Shown: positions 1-9,526, numbered from the stretch's first letter. The stretch: 64,000 nucleotides of DNA from an uncultured bacterium (GCA_903821905.1 CAIJMQ010000001.1:2267-66266); one strand, 5' to 3'. The notes: a model not told the origin generated them from the letters alone. Numbers and translations are program-made.

Positions 1-1086
1 GGGGATGTCATATCAAGAATTGAATACGCAATAGTAGAAGATAATAAACTCGTCTATCGCACGGATGAAGAAATAAAAGAGAAAATAAAAGAATTACAGA
101 AATGCGTGACGGATACAATAAACCAATCCTTGAAAGAATTTAAAACTCTTGCGCCCTATATTTATGAAGCTGTGGTTGTTGGAAACTCCACAATGAGAAA
201 TATCTTCTTCGAGTTGGGTATCTTTTCTCTGGGGATGATGCCTTATGAACCAGACCATAAAGAACCGATTATAAAGGAAGCAAAAAAGCTCGGGCTTAAT
301 ATCTTCCCCAAGGGAAAAGTTTACGGACCTGCTTTAATCGGTGGACACGCTGGTGCAGATGCTTTGGCTGATATACTGGCTTGCGAAATTTACAAGAGTG
401 ATAAACCGAGTATGCTCATTGATATCGGGACAAACGGTGAAGTAATACTTGGGAATTCCCAAAGATTAATTAGTGCAACTCTTGCTGCCGGCGGTGCCTA
501 CGAAGGAGCAAATGTAAGTTTAGGAACAGGTGCTATTGAAGGAGCGATAAAGAATATTCAAATTAAGAATGGTAAGGCTATATACGAGACAATAGGTGAT
601 AAGAAACCCATTGGCATATGCGGTTCAGGACTTATTGATTTATTAGCAGAACTTTTGAGGTGTGGAATAATGGATAAAGAAGCAAAGCTAAAAGAAGATT
701 TTTATGTAACCGACAAAATAAAATTAACCCAGTCCGATGTGTTTCAGCTTGTCAGTGCAAAAGCTTGTTTGAAAACAGACCAACTTATTCTCCTAAAACA
801 TTATGGTATAGATGTTAAAGATTTGGATAAAATTTATCTTTCCGGCGGTTTCGGCAATTATATAAATATTAAGAATGCTATAAAGATTGGTCTCTTACCC
901 GATGCCGAAGAAAAAATAGTCAAGATAGGCAACGGTGCTTTAGAAGGCGCAAGAGAAATGCTTGTTTCCAAGGATAGCAGAAAAACTTCAGAGGAAATAG
1001 CCAAGAAGATTGAACACAAGAAACCCAACGAACTGGAAAAGAATTTTTCTTACTTAGTTGCAGATAATATGTACTTTGAAAATTGA
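1..1086 (+). CDS. ASKHA-domain protein (DUF4445-like, C-terminal region of corrinoid-activation RACo-type proteins). It is 5'-truncated: the frame is open from base 1 and the first in-frame start in the ORF track is GTG at 106.
   Basis: The frame stays open from nt 1 to the stop at 1086. Gly-rich sugar-kinase/Hsp70/actin-like motifs are present (DIGTNGEV, GICGSGLIDL, LSGGFGNYI). Confidence 0.6.
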   Translation, partial: GDVISRIEYAIVEDNKLVYRTDEEIKEKIKELQKCVTDTINQSLKEFKTLAPYIYEAVVVGNSTMRNIFFELGIFSLGMMPYEPDHKEPIIKEAKKLGLNIFPKGKVYGPALIGGHAGADALADILACEIYKSDKPSMLIDIGTNGEVILGNSQRLISATLAAGGAYEGANVSLGTGAIEGAIKNIQIKNGKAIYETIGDKKPIGICGSGLIDLLAELLRCGIMDKEAKLKEDFYVTDKIKLTQSDVFQLVSAKACLKTDQLILLKHYGIDVKDLDKIYLSGGFGNYINIKNAIKIGLLPDAEEKIVKIGNGALEGAREMLVSKDSRKTSEEIAKKIEHKKPNELEKNFSYLVADNMYFEN

Positions 1087-1295
1087 ACTCAGTATAGTTT
1101 AATTTTCCATCCCCCTCCTGTTAGTTTTACCCCATGGAATTCGAAGAATTCCCGGGACTAAAGTCCTTGAAATTGCATTCGCAATTTCTAAGGGTGAAGT
1201 AAAACTAGGGGAGATTAGCAAGTAGAGAGAAAGTCAAAATTTACCTCTTGTGATTCTTCTATTCGATAAACCTCGGGGTATTTCACAATAGCTAC

Positions 1296-1748
1296 TTATT
1301 TTTTTTGTTTTTCCTCTCTTTTTCTTTCATCATGCATTACGCTTTTCCCGGCAGCAAAACATAAAATTTCTAATAAAAGTAGAATAAATATTGTTGTCTT
1401 AATATTAGTTTCAAAAAACACATTGAATAGTATCAATACAGAAATACAAATCACTGTAAGCATTGCTCCTGTAGACATTATCACAAGAAAAAATTTCAGG
1501 TCTTCTCTAGGTATCAAAGTTATTATAATAAAACAATTTAAGATGTAAACAGGAGAAGTAATAGCAAAAGATAACAATAGTAGTTTAAAGATATCTAGTT
1601 TAAAGAATAAGTCTTGATTAAAGACAAAAATAAAAAGAGTTCCCATAGATACTAGTGCAGTAATAATAGATGAATAAAAATATAACTTTCGAGAGGATAA
1701 TTTTTCTAGTTCAGAAATTATTGACATATTTAAAAACTCCTTACACAT
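1296..1748 (-). CDS. Hypothetical integral membrane protein with about 4 TM helices.
   Basis: 150-aa ORF with hydrophobic helical segments. No recognisable family. Confidence 0.4.
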   Translation of the reverse strand: MCKEFLNMSIISELEKLSSRKLYFYSSIITALVSMGTLFIFVFNQDLFFKLDIFKLLLLSFAITSPVYILNCFIIITLIPREDLKFFLVIMSTGAMLTVICISVLILFNVFFETNIKTTIFILLLLEILCFAAGKSVMHDERKREEKQKK

Positions 1749-1902
1749 ACATTGTTTATTAATTATATCGCGGCTTTACATTTTTTACTAATTAGGATTG
1801 TTGATATGAGTTTGCATTTCAATAATAAGTAGCAAGCCCTATATTAGATATCAGTATATTGACGATAACCTGCCCAATTTCATACTGCTTCACTTACTAC
1901 TT

Positions 1903-1940
1903 AAAAAATAAGGCCCGACACTAATGTGCCGAGCCTTATT
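1903..1940 (-). terminator. Rho-independent terminator of the cold-shock gene.
   Basis: On the minus strand there is an imperfect GC-containing hairpin, ATAAGGC...GCCTTAT with inner CCGAC/GTGCCG pairing. It is immediately followed by ATTTTTT, just 3' of the csp stop. Confidence 0.55.
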
Positions 1941-1958
1941 TCTATCAACGATTACTCG

Positions 1959-2162
1959 TTATATTTTTACTACGTTTTTTGCCTGAGGACCTTTTGGACC
2001 TTCTTCGATTTCAAACTCTACTTCTTGACCTTCTTCTAAAGACTTGAAACCTTCGCCCTGAATTGCATTGTGGTGAACAAAACAATCTTTGCTTCCGTCA
2101 TCTGGTGTTATGAAACCGTAGCCTTTCTGATCGTTGAACCACTTCACTTTACCTTTTGCCAT
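1959..2162 (-). CDS. csp: Cold-shock protein, CspA family (S1-like cold-shock domain).
   Basis: 67 aa. It begins [18 protein letters not shown] and carries the VHH..I motifs (RNP1/RNP2) diagnostic of CspA-family proteins. Confidence 0.95.
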   Translation of the reverse strand: MAKGKVKWFNDQKGYGFITPDDGSKDCFVHHNAIQGEGFKSLEEGQEVEFEIEEGPKGPQAKNVVKI

Positions 2163-2213
2163 TACTTACTTCACCCCCTTTTTGTTCTATTACAGTAAAT
2201 AATGGCAGAAATC

Positions 2214-2251
2214 AAAAAAATCCGTAAGGCGAATTGCATTTTGCCTTACGG
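2214..2251 (-). promoter_or_regulatory. Terminator-like hairpin plus U7 tract inside the csp 5' leader. Putative transcription attenuator or RNA thermosensor element.
   Basis: Perfect 9-bp stem CCGTAAGGC/GCCTTACGG (2222-2230 and 2243-2251) with a 12-nt loop. On the minus strand it is followed by TTTTTTT (2214-2220). It lies between the predicted csp -10 element (2288-2293) and the start codon (2162). Confidence 0.5.
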
Positions 2252-2287
2252 CCTAAAATCTCTACTCACCTATTTACCTCGAAACAC

Positions 2288-2316
2288 AATATACTACCTT
2301 TCTTTTTGTTTGTCAA
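2288..2316 (-). promoter_or_regulatory. Sigma70-type promoter for csp.
   Basis: Minus-strand reading gives consensus TTGACA (2311-2316), a 17-nt spacer, then TATATT (2288-2293). This predicts a leader of about 120 nt, as is typical for cspA-like genes. Confidence 0.5.
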
Positions 2317-2331
2317 GCCCAGTAAAGATTG

Positions 2332-2360
2332 TTGATGAGAATTCGTATTTAACATATAAT
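2332..2360 (+). promoter_or_regulatory. Sigma70-type promoter for the GH5 gene, back-to-back with the csp promoter.
   Basis: TTGATG (2332-2337), 17-nt spacer, TATAAT (2355-2360). The SD AAAGGAG sits 8 nt before the ATG at 2410. Confidence 0.5.
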
Positions 2361-2409
2361 CTTCCCCAATGAATAATAAATATATTATCTTTATGAAAAG
2401 GAGAAATAA

Positions 2410-4251
2410 ATGCAATTAATGACAATATATCACGTAAAGTTAATTGTTTTGTTTGCGATGGTTTTGATGTTATCGGTAAACTGGGGAAACATTTTTGCGT
2501 CCGAGAAGTCAGATATGGAGACAAAGGTAAAAGCTGTAGCGCCTCTTCCTTTAAAAGTAATAGGAACGGAGATTCTCAACAGTAAGAATAAAATAGTAAA
2601 ACTGCGCGGTGTGAATGTGGACAGTCTTGAATGGACAAGCGACGGAGAAGGGCATATTTTAGAGACAGTTAGGGTGGCAATTGATGACTGGAAAGTAAAC
2701 TGTGTCCGTTTACCTTTGGCGCAGGACAGGTGGTTCGGCAAGGCTCCGGAACAAAAAGGTATATATGAACCATATCGCGCTCTTGTCAAAGAGATAGTTG
2801 ACTTGTGCAGCTTGAAGGGCTGTTACATTATTTTAGATTTGCACTGGTCGAGTGCTGGACAGGAGGGAGGGACAAATATTGGGCAACATTTGATGCCGGA
2901 TAGGGGCAGTGTGGCGTTTTGGAAGGATATCGCTGTTATATATGCTAATAATCCTGCAGTTATTTTTGACCTTTATAACGAGCCACATGATGTAAGTTGG
3001 AATGTATGGCTTAATGGAGGTTCAGTTGAGGAGAAGTCCGACAGTCCGGATCATAAAATGCTGACATACGAGGCGGTTGGGATGCAGGAGCTTTTGGATA
3101 CGGTGCGCTTGACGGGTGCAAAGAATGTTGTTATTGCAGGCGGTTTAGGTTGGGCATATGATATGTCGGGATTTCTAGAGGGAAAGCAGCTTATGGATTC
3201 GGATGGCAACGGTGTGATATATGCCAATCATACATACGATATCAAAGGTGAGAGCGTATTTAAGTGGATATCGGATATGAAAAAAGCGTCTGCGAAGGTA
3301 CCTGTGATTGTTTCGGAGTTCGGCGGTTCGGGCGGACCTGATTGGAGGCGGGGGTGGTGGGGTCAAAGTCCTTCTACGGCGATGGGGGATGACTGGCTGT
3401 TACATGTTTTGCAGGCAATACAAGATAACAATTGGTCATTTACGGCGTGGGATTTGCATCCTACGGCGGGACCAACTTTGATTTCCGGATGGGATTATAA
3501 ACCGACACCGAATTTTGGCGTCTATGTGAAGAAACTTTTGGTGGAAGGCAGATTACTGAAATATACGCCACCTGATTTGACTACACTGACTAAAGAACCA
3601 ATAACAACACTACCTGAGACTGCACGTATTGGAGGAAAAGAATTATACGGTGATTGGCAGCTCAAAACAGAGGATGGAAAAAGGGGCGGCTCAATACTGG
3701 CTTTTTCGGGAGACGATGAAGGCAGATTGGTTGGGCAGTGGATTGATTCCAGGGGGATGAGCGAATTGGAAGACGTAAGGTTTAATGAGAATAAGGTCAA
3801 TTTTTCTCAGACTGTCAGATTTGGCAAAGATAAATTCAAAGCGCAATTTTTAGGCATTATTGATGGCGATAATCTTTCAGGGACATTTACGCACGGCGGG
3901 GCTCAGGACAAAATTGAGGCTGGTTGCATTAAGGAAATGATGACGGAAAATATACAAGCTGATTCGCCACTTATTGGCACCTGGAATCTCGAGGTAACAA
4001 GCAACTGGGGCAGTTCAAAACAGCGGCTGAAGGTCAACCCTGATATGAGCGGTATGTACGGGATTAACCCAATAGAGAAGATAAATCTCGAGGGAGACAA
4101 TATTAGCTTCAAGATAGTAATGGAATGGGGTACCTATAAATTCGAGATGAATTTCAAAGGTAAACTGGAAGGGTCAACACTTACAGGAGAATTTAGCACT
4201 TCTAGGGGTTCACAGAAGGTAGTAGGCAAAAAGGCGAATACCGTCCGTTAG
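2410..4251 (+). CDS. Secreted glycoside hydrolase family 5 (cellulase/endoglucanase-like) with a C-terminal tandem duplicated beta-rich domain of unknown function.
   Basis: N-terminal signal peptide. The GH5 acid/base motif NEP is present (LYNEPHD). The catalytic nucleophile region reads VSEFG. The last 220 aa or so consist of two divergent copies of a domain of about 100 aa (G.W.L....G / F.G.L.G.F pattern). Confidence 0.8.
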   Translation: MQLMTIYHVKLIVLFAMVLMLSVNWGNIFASEKSDMETKVKAVAPLPLKVIGTEILNSKNKIVKLRGVNVDSLEWTSDGEGHILETVRVAIDDWKVNCVRLPLAQDRWFGKAPEQKGIYEPYRALVKEIVDLCSLKGCYIILDLHWSSAGQEGGTNIGQHLMPDRGSVAFWKDIAVIYANNPAVIFDLYNEPHDVSWNVWLNGGSVEEKSDSPDHKMLTYEAVGMQELLDTVRLTGAKNVVIAGGLGWAYDMSGFLEGKQLMDSDGNGVIYANHTYDIKGESVFKWISDMKKASAKVPVIVSEFGGSGGPDWRRGWWGQSPSTAMGDDWLLHVLQAIQDNNWSFTAWDLHPTAGPTLISGWDYKPTPNFGVYVKKLLVEGRLLKYTPPDLTTLTKEPITTLPETARIGGKELYGDWQLKTEDGKRGGSILAFSGDDEGRLVGQWIDSRGMSELEDVRFNENKVNFSQTVRFGKDKFKAQFLGIIDGDNLSGTFTHGGAQDKIEAGCIKEMMTENIQADSPLIGTWNLEVTSNWGSSKQRLKVNPDMSGMYGINPIEKINLEGDNISFKIVMEWGTYKFEMNFKGKLEGSTLTGEFSTSRGSQKVVGKKANTVR

Positions 4252-4349
4252 GCGCCGGGTTAGGTTATGAGGCGAACAATTGTTGTGCCGATGGAGTTTT
4301 AGTTTCTCATTCTTGCCTCAATATTCTATTTACCTTATAATCTTCTCAA

Positions 4350-5123
4350 ATGAGCAATAAACACATTTTCGGGCCTGTTCCTTCAAGAAGATTAGGTTTT
4401 TCTTTAGGTGTGGATATTGTTCCTTCCAAAACATGCACTCTTAACTGCATATATTGTCAGGTTGGCAGAACAACGTGCGAGACAATCGAAAGAAAAGAAT
4501 ATATAGCTCCTGACAAAATTCTTGCTGAATTAAAAGAGGTATTGAAGTCAGGTAAAAAGATTGACTATATTACTCTATCTGGTAATGGTGAGCCGACGCT
4601 GAATTCAAGTATAGAAAAGCTTATAAAAGGAATAAAAGAGATTTCTAATCTTCCGGTTGCTGTTATTACCAACGGAACACTACTTACTGATAAAAATGTG
4701 AGAGAAGAATTATTGTCGGCGGATTTGGTAATGCCTTCGCTTGATGCAGCAACGCAGGAAACTTTCAAAAAGATTGATAGACCTTATCCATCACTTAAGA
4801 TAGAAAACATAATTGAAGGTATGGCAGAGTTCAGAAAAATCTATCATGGAAAATTTTGGCTTGAAATAATGCTTGTTAAAGGTATTAACAACAATCAAGA
4901 TGAGCTTAATGCTTTAAAAACCGCCATAGAAAAAATTAATCCCGATAGAATTCAGCTTAATACTCCTGTCCGTCCCACTTGTGAAAAAGGAGTGGAGATA
5001 TTATCTTCAAAGAAACTTTTGGAAATAAAAGAATTTTTTGGGAAAAAGTGCGAGATTATTCCGGAGCTTAACAAGAGAGAACACGAAGAACATATTAAAC
5101 ACATCAAATATGAGCATAGCTAA
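4350..5123 (+). CDS. Radical SAM protein (COG0731-like family with an N-terminal GPVPSRRLG motif).
   Basis: CxxxCxxC cluster motif CTLNCIYC. The N-terminus FGPVPSRRLGFSLGVD is characteristic of this radical-SAM subfamily. Confidence 0.8.
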   Translation: MSNKHIFGPVPSRRLGFSLGVDIVPSKTCTLNCIYCQVGRTTCETIERKEYIAPDKILAELKEVLKSGKKIDYITLSGNGEPTLNSSIEKLIKGIKEISNLPVAVITNGTLLTDKNVREELLSADLVMPSLDAATQETFKKIDRPYPSLKIENIIEGMAEFRKIYHGKFWLEIMLVKGINNNQDELNALKTAIEKINPDRIQLNTPVRPTCEKGVEILSSKKLLEIKEFFGKKCEIIPELNKREHEEHIKHIKYEHS

Positions 5124-5778
5124 CAATTATCAGAAAACCCGAAAAGTAATTCCCGGTAATGTGACAATAATTTTAGCGGGGAAGGGGAGAACCAACAAAG
5201 AGATTGAAGAAGTTATAGATGCGGGTGCGGAGGATTTGGGAGAAAACTATGTTCAGGAAGCAGAAAGAATGTATGAAGTTTTGGGCGAAAAGGCAGGAAA
5301 AGTGAAATGGCATATGATAGGGCATCTGCAGAAAAATAAAATCAACAAAGCACTCAAAATATTTGATGTTATCCAGACAATTGATTCTCAAGAAATAGCC
5401 GAAGCTTTAAATGAAAGAGCAGAAAAAATAGGGAAGACCGTTCCTGTTTATATCGAGGTAAACATCGGCGATGAAGAAGCAAAAAGCGGTGTAAAGGCGG
5501 ACTACAGAGTTATAGAGAGTTTAGCTCGAGGGATTTCACAACTCCAATCTTTACGTTTAGAAGGTCTTATGACAATGGAACCGCAAGTCGAAAATCCCGA
5601 AGATTCAAGACCATATTTCCAAAAAACAAAAGATATATTCGATAGAATTAAAGATCTTAACTTGCCTAACGTTGATATGAAATATCTTTCTATGGGTATA
5701 TCGGGTTCATACAAAATAGCAATTGAAGAAGGAAGTAATATGGTGAGGTTGGGAACGGTTATATTTGGAGAGAGATAA
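5110..5778 (+). CDS. yggS: YggS-family pyridoxal-phosphate homeostasis protein (PLPHP, alanine-racemase-N fold).
   Basis: Motifs: GENYVQE, WHMIGHLQKNK, SMGISGSY, RLGTVIFG. I place the start at the internal Met (MSIANNY), which gives a 14-nt overlap with the upstream gene. The ORF-track start at 5038 would give a 25-codon N-terminal extension. Confidence 0.8.
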   Translation: MSIANNYQKTRKVIPGNVTIILAGKGRTNKEIEEVIDAGAEDLGENYVQEAERMYEVLGEKAGKVKWHMIGHLQKNKINKALKIFDVIQTIDSQEIAEALNERAEKIGKTVPVYIEVNIGDEEAKSGVKADYRVIESLARGISQLQSLRLEGLMTMEPQVENPEDSRPYFQKTKDIFDRIKDLNLPNVDMKYLSMGISGSYKIAIEEGSNMVRLGTVIFGER

Positions 5779-5811
5779 TTAATAAAGTAAAAGAGGGAGG
5801 TTAAGTAATAT

Positions 5812-7386
5812 ATGGAAAAGCTATATATAATTATATTTGTTTTATTAATAGGTATGGTGTGGACAGGTTCAGCTCGCGCAAAAACAACGATTACTTCGGA
5901 TAAAGATAACGTCAATCAACTCATTGTTCATGTAGATAAAGGTAAAGAAAAAATTGCGCCCGAAATCTACGGCCATTTTGCCGAACATTTGGGTCGCTGT
6001 GTATATGAAGGTTTCTGGGTTGGAGAGACTTCAGATATTCCCAATGTAAGAGGTATCCGTAAAGATGTGGTCGATGCCCTCAAAAAAATTCAGGTACCGG
6101 TACTACGTTGGCCCGGCGGTTGTTTTGCAGATGACTATCATTGGAAAGATGGAATAGGACCACGTGATGAGCGCAGCAAGAAGATTAACAACTGGTGGGG
6201 TAGTATGATAGATGCCAATCAATTCGGTACACATGAATTTATGGACCTATGCGAGCAACTTGGCTGTGAAGCATATATCGCAGGTAATGTTGGTTCGGGG
6301 ACCGTTGAAGAAATGCGGGACTGGGTTGAGTATATGACTTCCGATAGTGGCAGCGATATGGCTAATCTGCGTCGTAAGAATGGCCGAGATAAACCCTGGA
6401 AGATTCCTTATTTTGGTATAGGCAATGAGAACTGGGGATGCGGCGGTAATATGACTCCTGAATACTATGCGGATATCTATAAACGTTTTCAAACTTATGT
6501 GCGCAACTATTCCGGCAATGAAATCGTGAAAGTGGCATGTGGCCCGAACGGTGCGGATTTGCACTGGATGGATATTGTTATGCAAAAAGCTGTCTGGCAG
6601 ATGAATGCAATTACTGTGCACTATTATGTAAGAGGCAGCGGAGACTGGACGAATAAAGGAAGCGCTACGCAGTTTGGTGAAAAAGAATGGTTTGCACTTA
6701 TGAAAAACACTCTGGGAATAGATGATGTTATTGCCAAAGACATTAAGATTATGGACAAGTATGATCCAAACAAACGGGTAGCTCTATTTGTAGATGAATG
6801 GGGTACCTGGTGGGATTCTGAACCGGGCGGGACAGCTCTGTATCAGCAGAATACCATGCGTGATGCTGTTTCAGCCGGTATTTTCCTGAATGTTTTCAAT
6901 TCTCATTGTGATAGAGTTAAAATGACTAATATTGCCCAAATTAACAATGTGCTTCAGGCAATGATTTTGACCAAAGGCAAAGATATGATAGTTACTCCGA
7001 CTTATCACGTGTTTGAAATGTTTAAAGTTCATCAGGGAGCTACATTACTGCCTACCGATATATCATGTCCTGCTTATAAATACGATAAAGAAAATGTGCC
7101 GTCGATGATAGTGTCTGCATCAAAAAATTCATCAGGAACAGTTCATATCTCGTTATGCAATCTCGATCCCAATAATGATGCTAAGTTGAATTGTAAGTTG
7201 GAAGGTCTGAAACCGAGCAAAGTTACAGGGCGAGTGTTGACTGCCGAAACTATGAACGCACACAACACTTTTGAAAATCCTGACACGATTAAGCCTACTA
7301 CTCTGAAAGGTATAACTATTAAAGATAATATTATTACTGTAACAATACCTTCCAAGTCGGTAGTTGTTTTAGCGGTTCAGCCATAA
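5812..7386 (+). CDS. Secreted alpha-L-arabinofuranosidase, GH51.
   Basis: Signal peptide, then RWPGGCFAD and the GIGNENWGCGG motif typical of GH51 AbfA. Confidence 0.85.
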   Translation: MEKLYIIIFVLLIGMVWTGSARAKTTITSDKDNVNQLIVHVDKGKEKIAPEIYGHFAEHLGRCVYEGFWVGETSDIPNVRGIRKDVVDALKKIQVPVLRWPGGCFADDYHWKDGIGPRDERSKKINNWWGSMIDANQFGTHEFMDLCEQLGCEAYIAGNVGSGTVEEMRDWVEYMTSDSGSDMANLRRKNGRDKPWKIPYFGIGNENWGCGGNMTPEYYADIYKRFQTYVRNYSGNEIVKVACGPNGADLHWMDIVMQKAVWQMNAITVHYYVRGSGDWTNKGSATQFGEKEWFALMKNTLGIDDVIAKDIKIMDKYDPNKRVALFVDEWGTWWDSEPGGTALYQQNTMRDAVSAGIFLNVFNSHCDRVKMTNIAQINNVLQAMILTKGKDMIVTPTYHVFEMFKVHQGATLLPTDISCPAYKYDKENVPSMIVSASKNSSGTVHISLCNLDPNNDAKLNCKLEGLKPSKVTGRVLTAETMNAHNTFENPDTIKPTTLKGITIKDNIITVTIPSKSVVVLAVQP

Positions 7387-7442
7387 AGAAATATGATAAA
7401 ACTTAAACTTAACAATAAAAAACAATTTCATAGGAGGAAGAT

Positions 7443-9515
7443 ATGATAAAAAAATATCCACCGATTAATCCTAGATTCCCGCATTTTCTTCACGGCGGTG
7501 ATTATAATCCCGAACAGTGGCAGGATACGCCTAAAGTTTGGGATGAGGATATCCGTTTAATGAAGCTTTCGCATTGCAATACTATGTCAGTCGGAATATT
7601 TTCCTGGGTTAGTTTGGAACCGGAAGAAGGCAAATTCACGTTTGGATGGCTTGATACTATTATGGATAAATTTTCTAAGAATGGGATTTATGCAGTTCTT
7701 GCAACTCCAAGTGGTGCCCGACCTGCCTGGATGTCTAAAAAATATCCTGAGGTGCTTAGGGTGAATTCAGATCGGGTAAGAATATTACACAGCGGTCGCC
7801 ACAACCATTGTTTTACATCTCCTATTTACCGCGAAAAATGCAGAATCATAAATCAGAAACTTGCCGAAAGATACAAAGACCATCCTGCGCTTTTCGTCTG
7901 GCATATTTCAAACGAATATGGTGGTGATTGTCACTGCGAGCTTTGTCAGGAAGCTTTCAGGAAATGGTTGAAGAATAAATACGGAACACTTGATAAACTC
8001 AACCATGCTTGGTGGACAAGATTCTGGAGCCATACTTTTACCGATTGGTCTCAAATAGAATCTCCTGCTCCATATCCGCACGGTGAAAGTTCAGTTCATG
8101 GTATGAACCTTGATTGGAAACGTTTTGTGACATATCAGACAGTAGATTTCTTCAAAAATGAAATTGTTCCTCTTAGAAAAATCACTCCTAAAATACCTGT
8201 GACGACAAACTTTATGGGAACATACCAGGGGTTAAATTATTGGAAGTTTGCAGATGAATTAGATGTTGTTGCTTGGGATAACTATCCCCAGTGGCATGGT
8301 TGGGAAGAAGACTGGATGCTTGGTTGTAAGGTGTCTTTTGTTCATGATATCAACCGCTGTATTAAAGGCGGTAAACCGTTTATGTTGATGGAAAGCACTC
8401 CGAGCATGCAAAACTGGGCTGATGTATGCAAACCCAAACGACCAGGCATGCATCTCTTATCTTCTATTCAGGCTGTTGCGCACGGTGCGGATACCGTCCA
8501 GTATTTCCAATGGCGCAAGAGTAGGGGGAGCTGTGAGAAATTTCACGGTGCAGTAGTTGACCACTGCGGACACGAGAATACACGTGTTTTTCACGATGTA
8601 ACTGAAGTTGGTAAGACAATTGAGAAACTCGATGCAGTAATTGGAACTACAGTAAGACCTGAGGTAGCTCTTATTTTCGATTGGGAAAATAATTGGGCTA
8701 TTGACGATACTCAAGGTCCACGCCGTTATAAGAAAGATTATCAGTCAACTTGCGAGAATCATTATCGTCAGTTCTGGATTAGAGGCATACCCGTAGATGT
8801 CATAAATATGGACTGTGATTTCTCTAAGTACAAAATTGTAATTGCTCCTATGCTTTATATGGTTAGACAAGGCGTAGCAAAGCGTTTGGACAATTTTGTA
8901 CAGAGGGGGGGAACATTAATTGCCACGTATTGGACAGGCATAGTAGATGACAATGACCTTTGCTTCTTGGGAGGATTCCCCGGCCCGCTTAGAAAAGTGC
9001 TTGGTATATGGTCTGAAGAGATTGATGCTTTATATGATAAGGACAGAAATTATGTTGTCCCTTTCAAAAATAACCCGCTTAAACTTTCAGGCAAATATGA
9101 AGCAAGAGAACTATGCGATTTAATCCACGCAGAAAAGGCAAAAGTTCTTGCTGAATATAAGCAGGATTTCTATGCAGGACGACCTGCGCTTACCGTTAAT
9201 AAGTTTGGCAGAGGCGAAGCGTATTATATGGCTTCCCGCAACGATGAGAAGTTCCTGAATGATTTCTATCAAGCCATAATCAAAAAACTTAATATCAGAA
9301 GAGTTATAGATACCAAATTACCTCAAGGGGTTACAGCGCAAGTCCGCACAGACGGTAAAAAAGAGTTCGTGTTTCTTATGAACTTCAAACAGGAAAAGCA
9401 GGAAGTACAGTTAGGCAAAACTTCATATAAGAATCTATTGAATGGAAAAACAGTGAGTGGTAAATTGGTCCTTCCATCTTTTGGCATAGCAGTGCTAGAA
9501 AGAGCAGAGAGATAA
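7443..9515 (+). CDS. Beta-galactosidase, GH42.
   Basis: N-terminal GGDYNPEQW and ISNEYGG motifs and a length of about 690 aa match the GH42 BgaB type. No signal peptide. Confidence 0.85.
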   Translation: MIKKYPPINPRFPHFLHGGDYNPEQWQDTPKVWDEDIRLMKLSHCNTMSVGIFSWVSLEPEEGKFTFGWLDTIMDKFSKNGIYAVLATPSGARPAWMSKKYPEVLRVNSDRVRILHSGRHNHCFTSPIYREKCRIINQKLAERYKDHPALFVWHISNEYGGDCHCELCQEAFRKWLKNKYGTLDKLNHAWWTRFWSHTFTDWSQIESPAPYPHGESSVHGMNLDWKRFVTYQTVDFFKNEIVPLRKITPKIPVTTNFMGTYQGLNYWKFADELDVVAWDNYPQWHGWEEDWMLGCKVSFVHDINRCIKGGKPFMLMESTPSMQNWADVCKPKRPGMHLLSSIQAVAHGADTVQYFQWRKSRGSCEKFHGAVVDHCGHENTRVFHDVTEVGKTIEKLDAVIGTTVRPEVALIFDWENNWAIDDTQGPRRYKKDYQSTCENHYRQFWIRGIPVDVINMDCDFSKYKIVIAPMLYMVRQGVAKRLDNFVQRGGTLIATYWTGIVDDNDLCFLGGFPGPLRKVLGIWSEEIDALYDKDRNYVVPFKNNPLKLSGKYEARELCDLIHAEKAKVLAEYKQDFYAGRPALTVNKFGRGEAYYMASRNDEKFLNDFYQAIIKKLNIRRVIDTKLPQGVTAQVRTDGKKEFVFLMNFKQEKQEVQLGKTSYKNLLNGKTVSGKLVLPSFGIAVLERAER

Positions 9516-9526
9516 GGATTATAACA

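Noticed and set aside
1133-1156. Polylinker-like palindrome cluster as cloning-vector contamination.
   Set aside because: It does not match common multiple-cloning-site sequences, and the flanking sequence is native AT-rich intergenic DNA. It is more plausibly a small structured element. It is kept as a low-interest finding.
2294-2789. ORFs 2294..2524(-) and 2430..2789(-) overlapping the 5' end of the GH5 gene.
   Set aside because: They lie antisense to a well-supported GH5 gene and intrude into the mapped promoter region. They have no recognisable motifs and their composition is that of reverse-frame shadow ORFs.
3175-4112. Minus-strand ORFs 3175..3366, 3522..3800 and 3903..4112 inside the GH5 gene.
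   Set aside because: Shadow ORFs, antisense to a gene with clear family motifs. The Pro-rich and Ser-rich low-complexity translations are typical of antisense reading of GC-richer coding DNA.
5038-5109. Long N-terminal extension of YggS starting at 5038, and analogous ORF-track starts for hydG (11856), the PD-(D/E)xK gene (22102), the alpha/beta hydrolase (23485), the FKBP gene (26621), trxA (33320) and oppA (43971).
   Set aside because: The extensions overlap the upstream genes by 60-200 nt and lack ribosome-binding sites. They also add non-homologous residues ahead of conserved N-termini or signal peptides. I chose internal starts with better SD support and typical protein lengths. The ORF-track coordinates remain possible alternatives.
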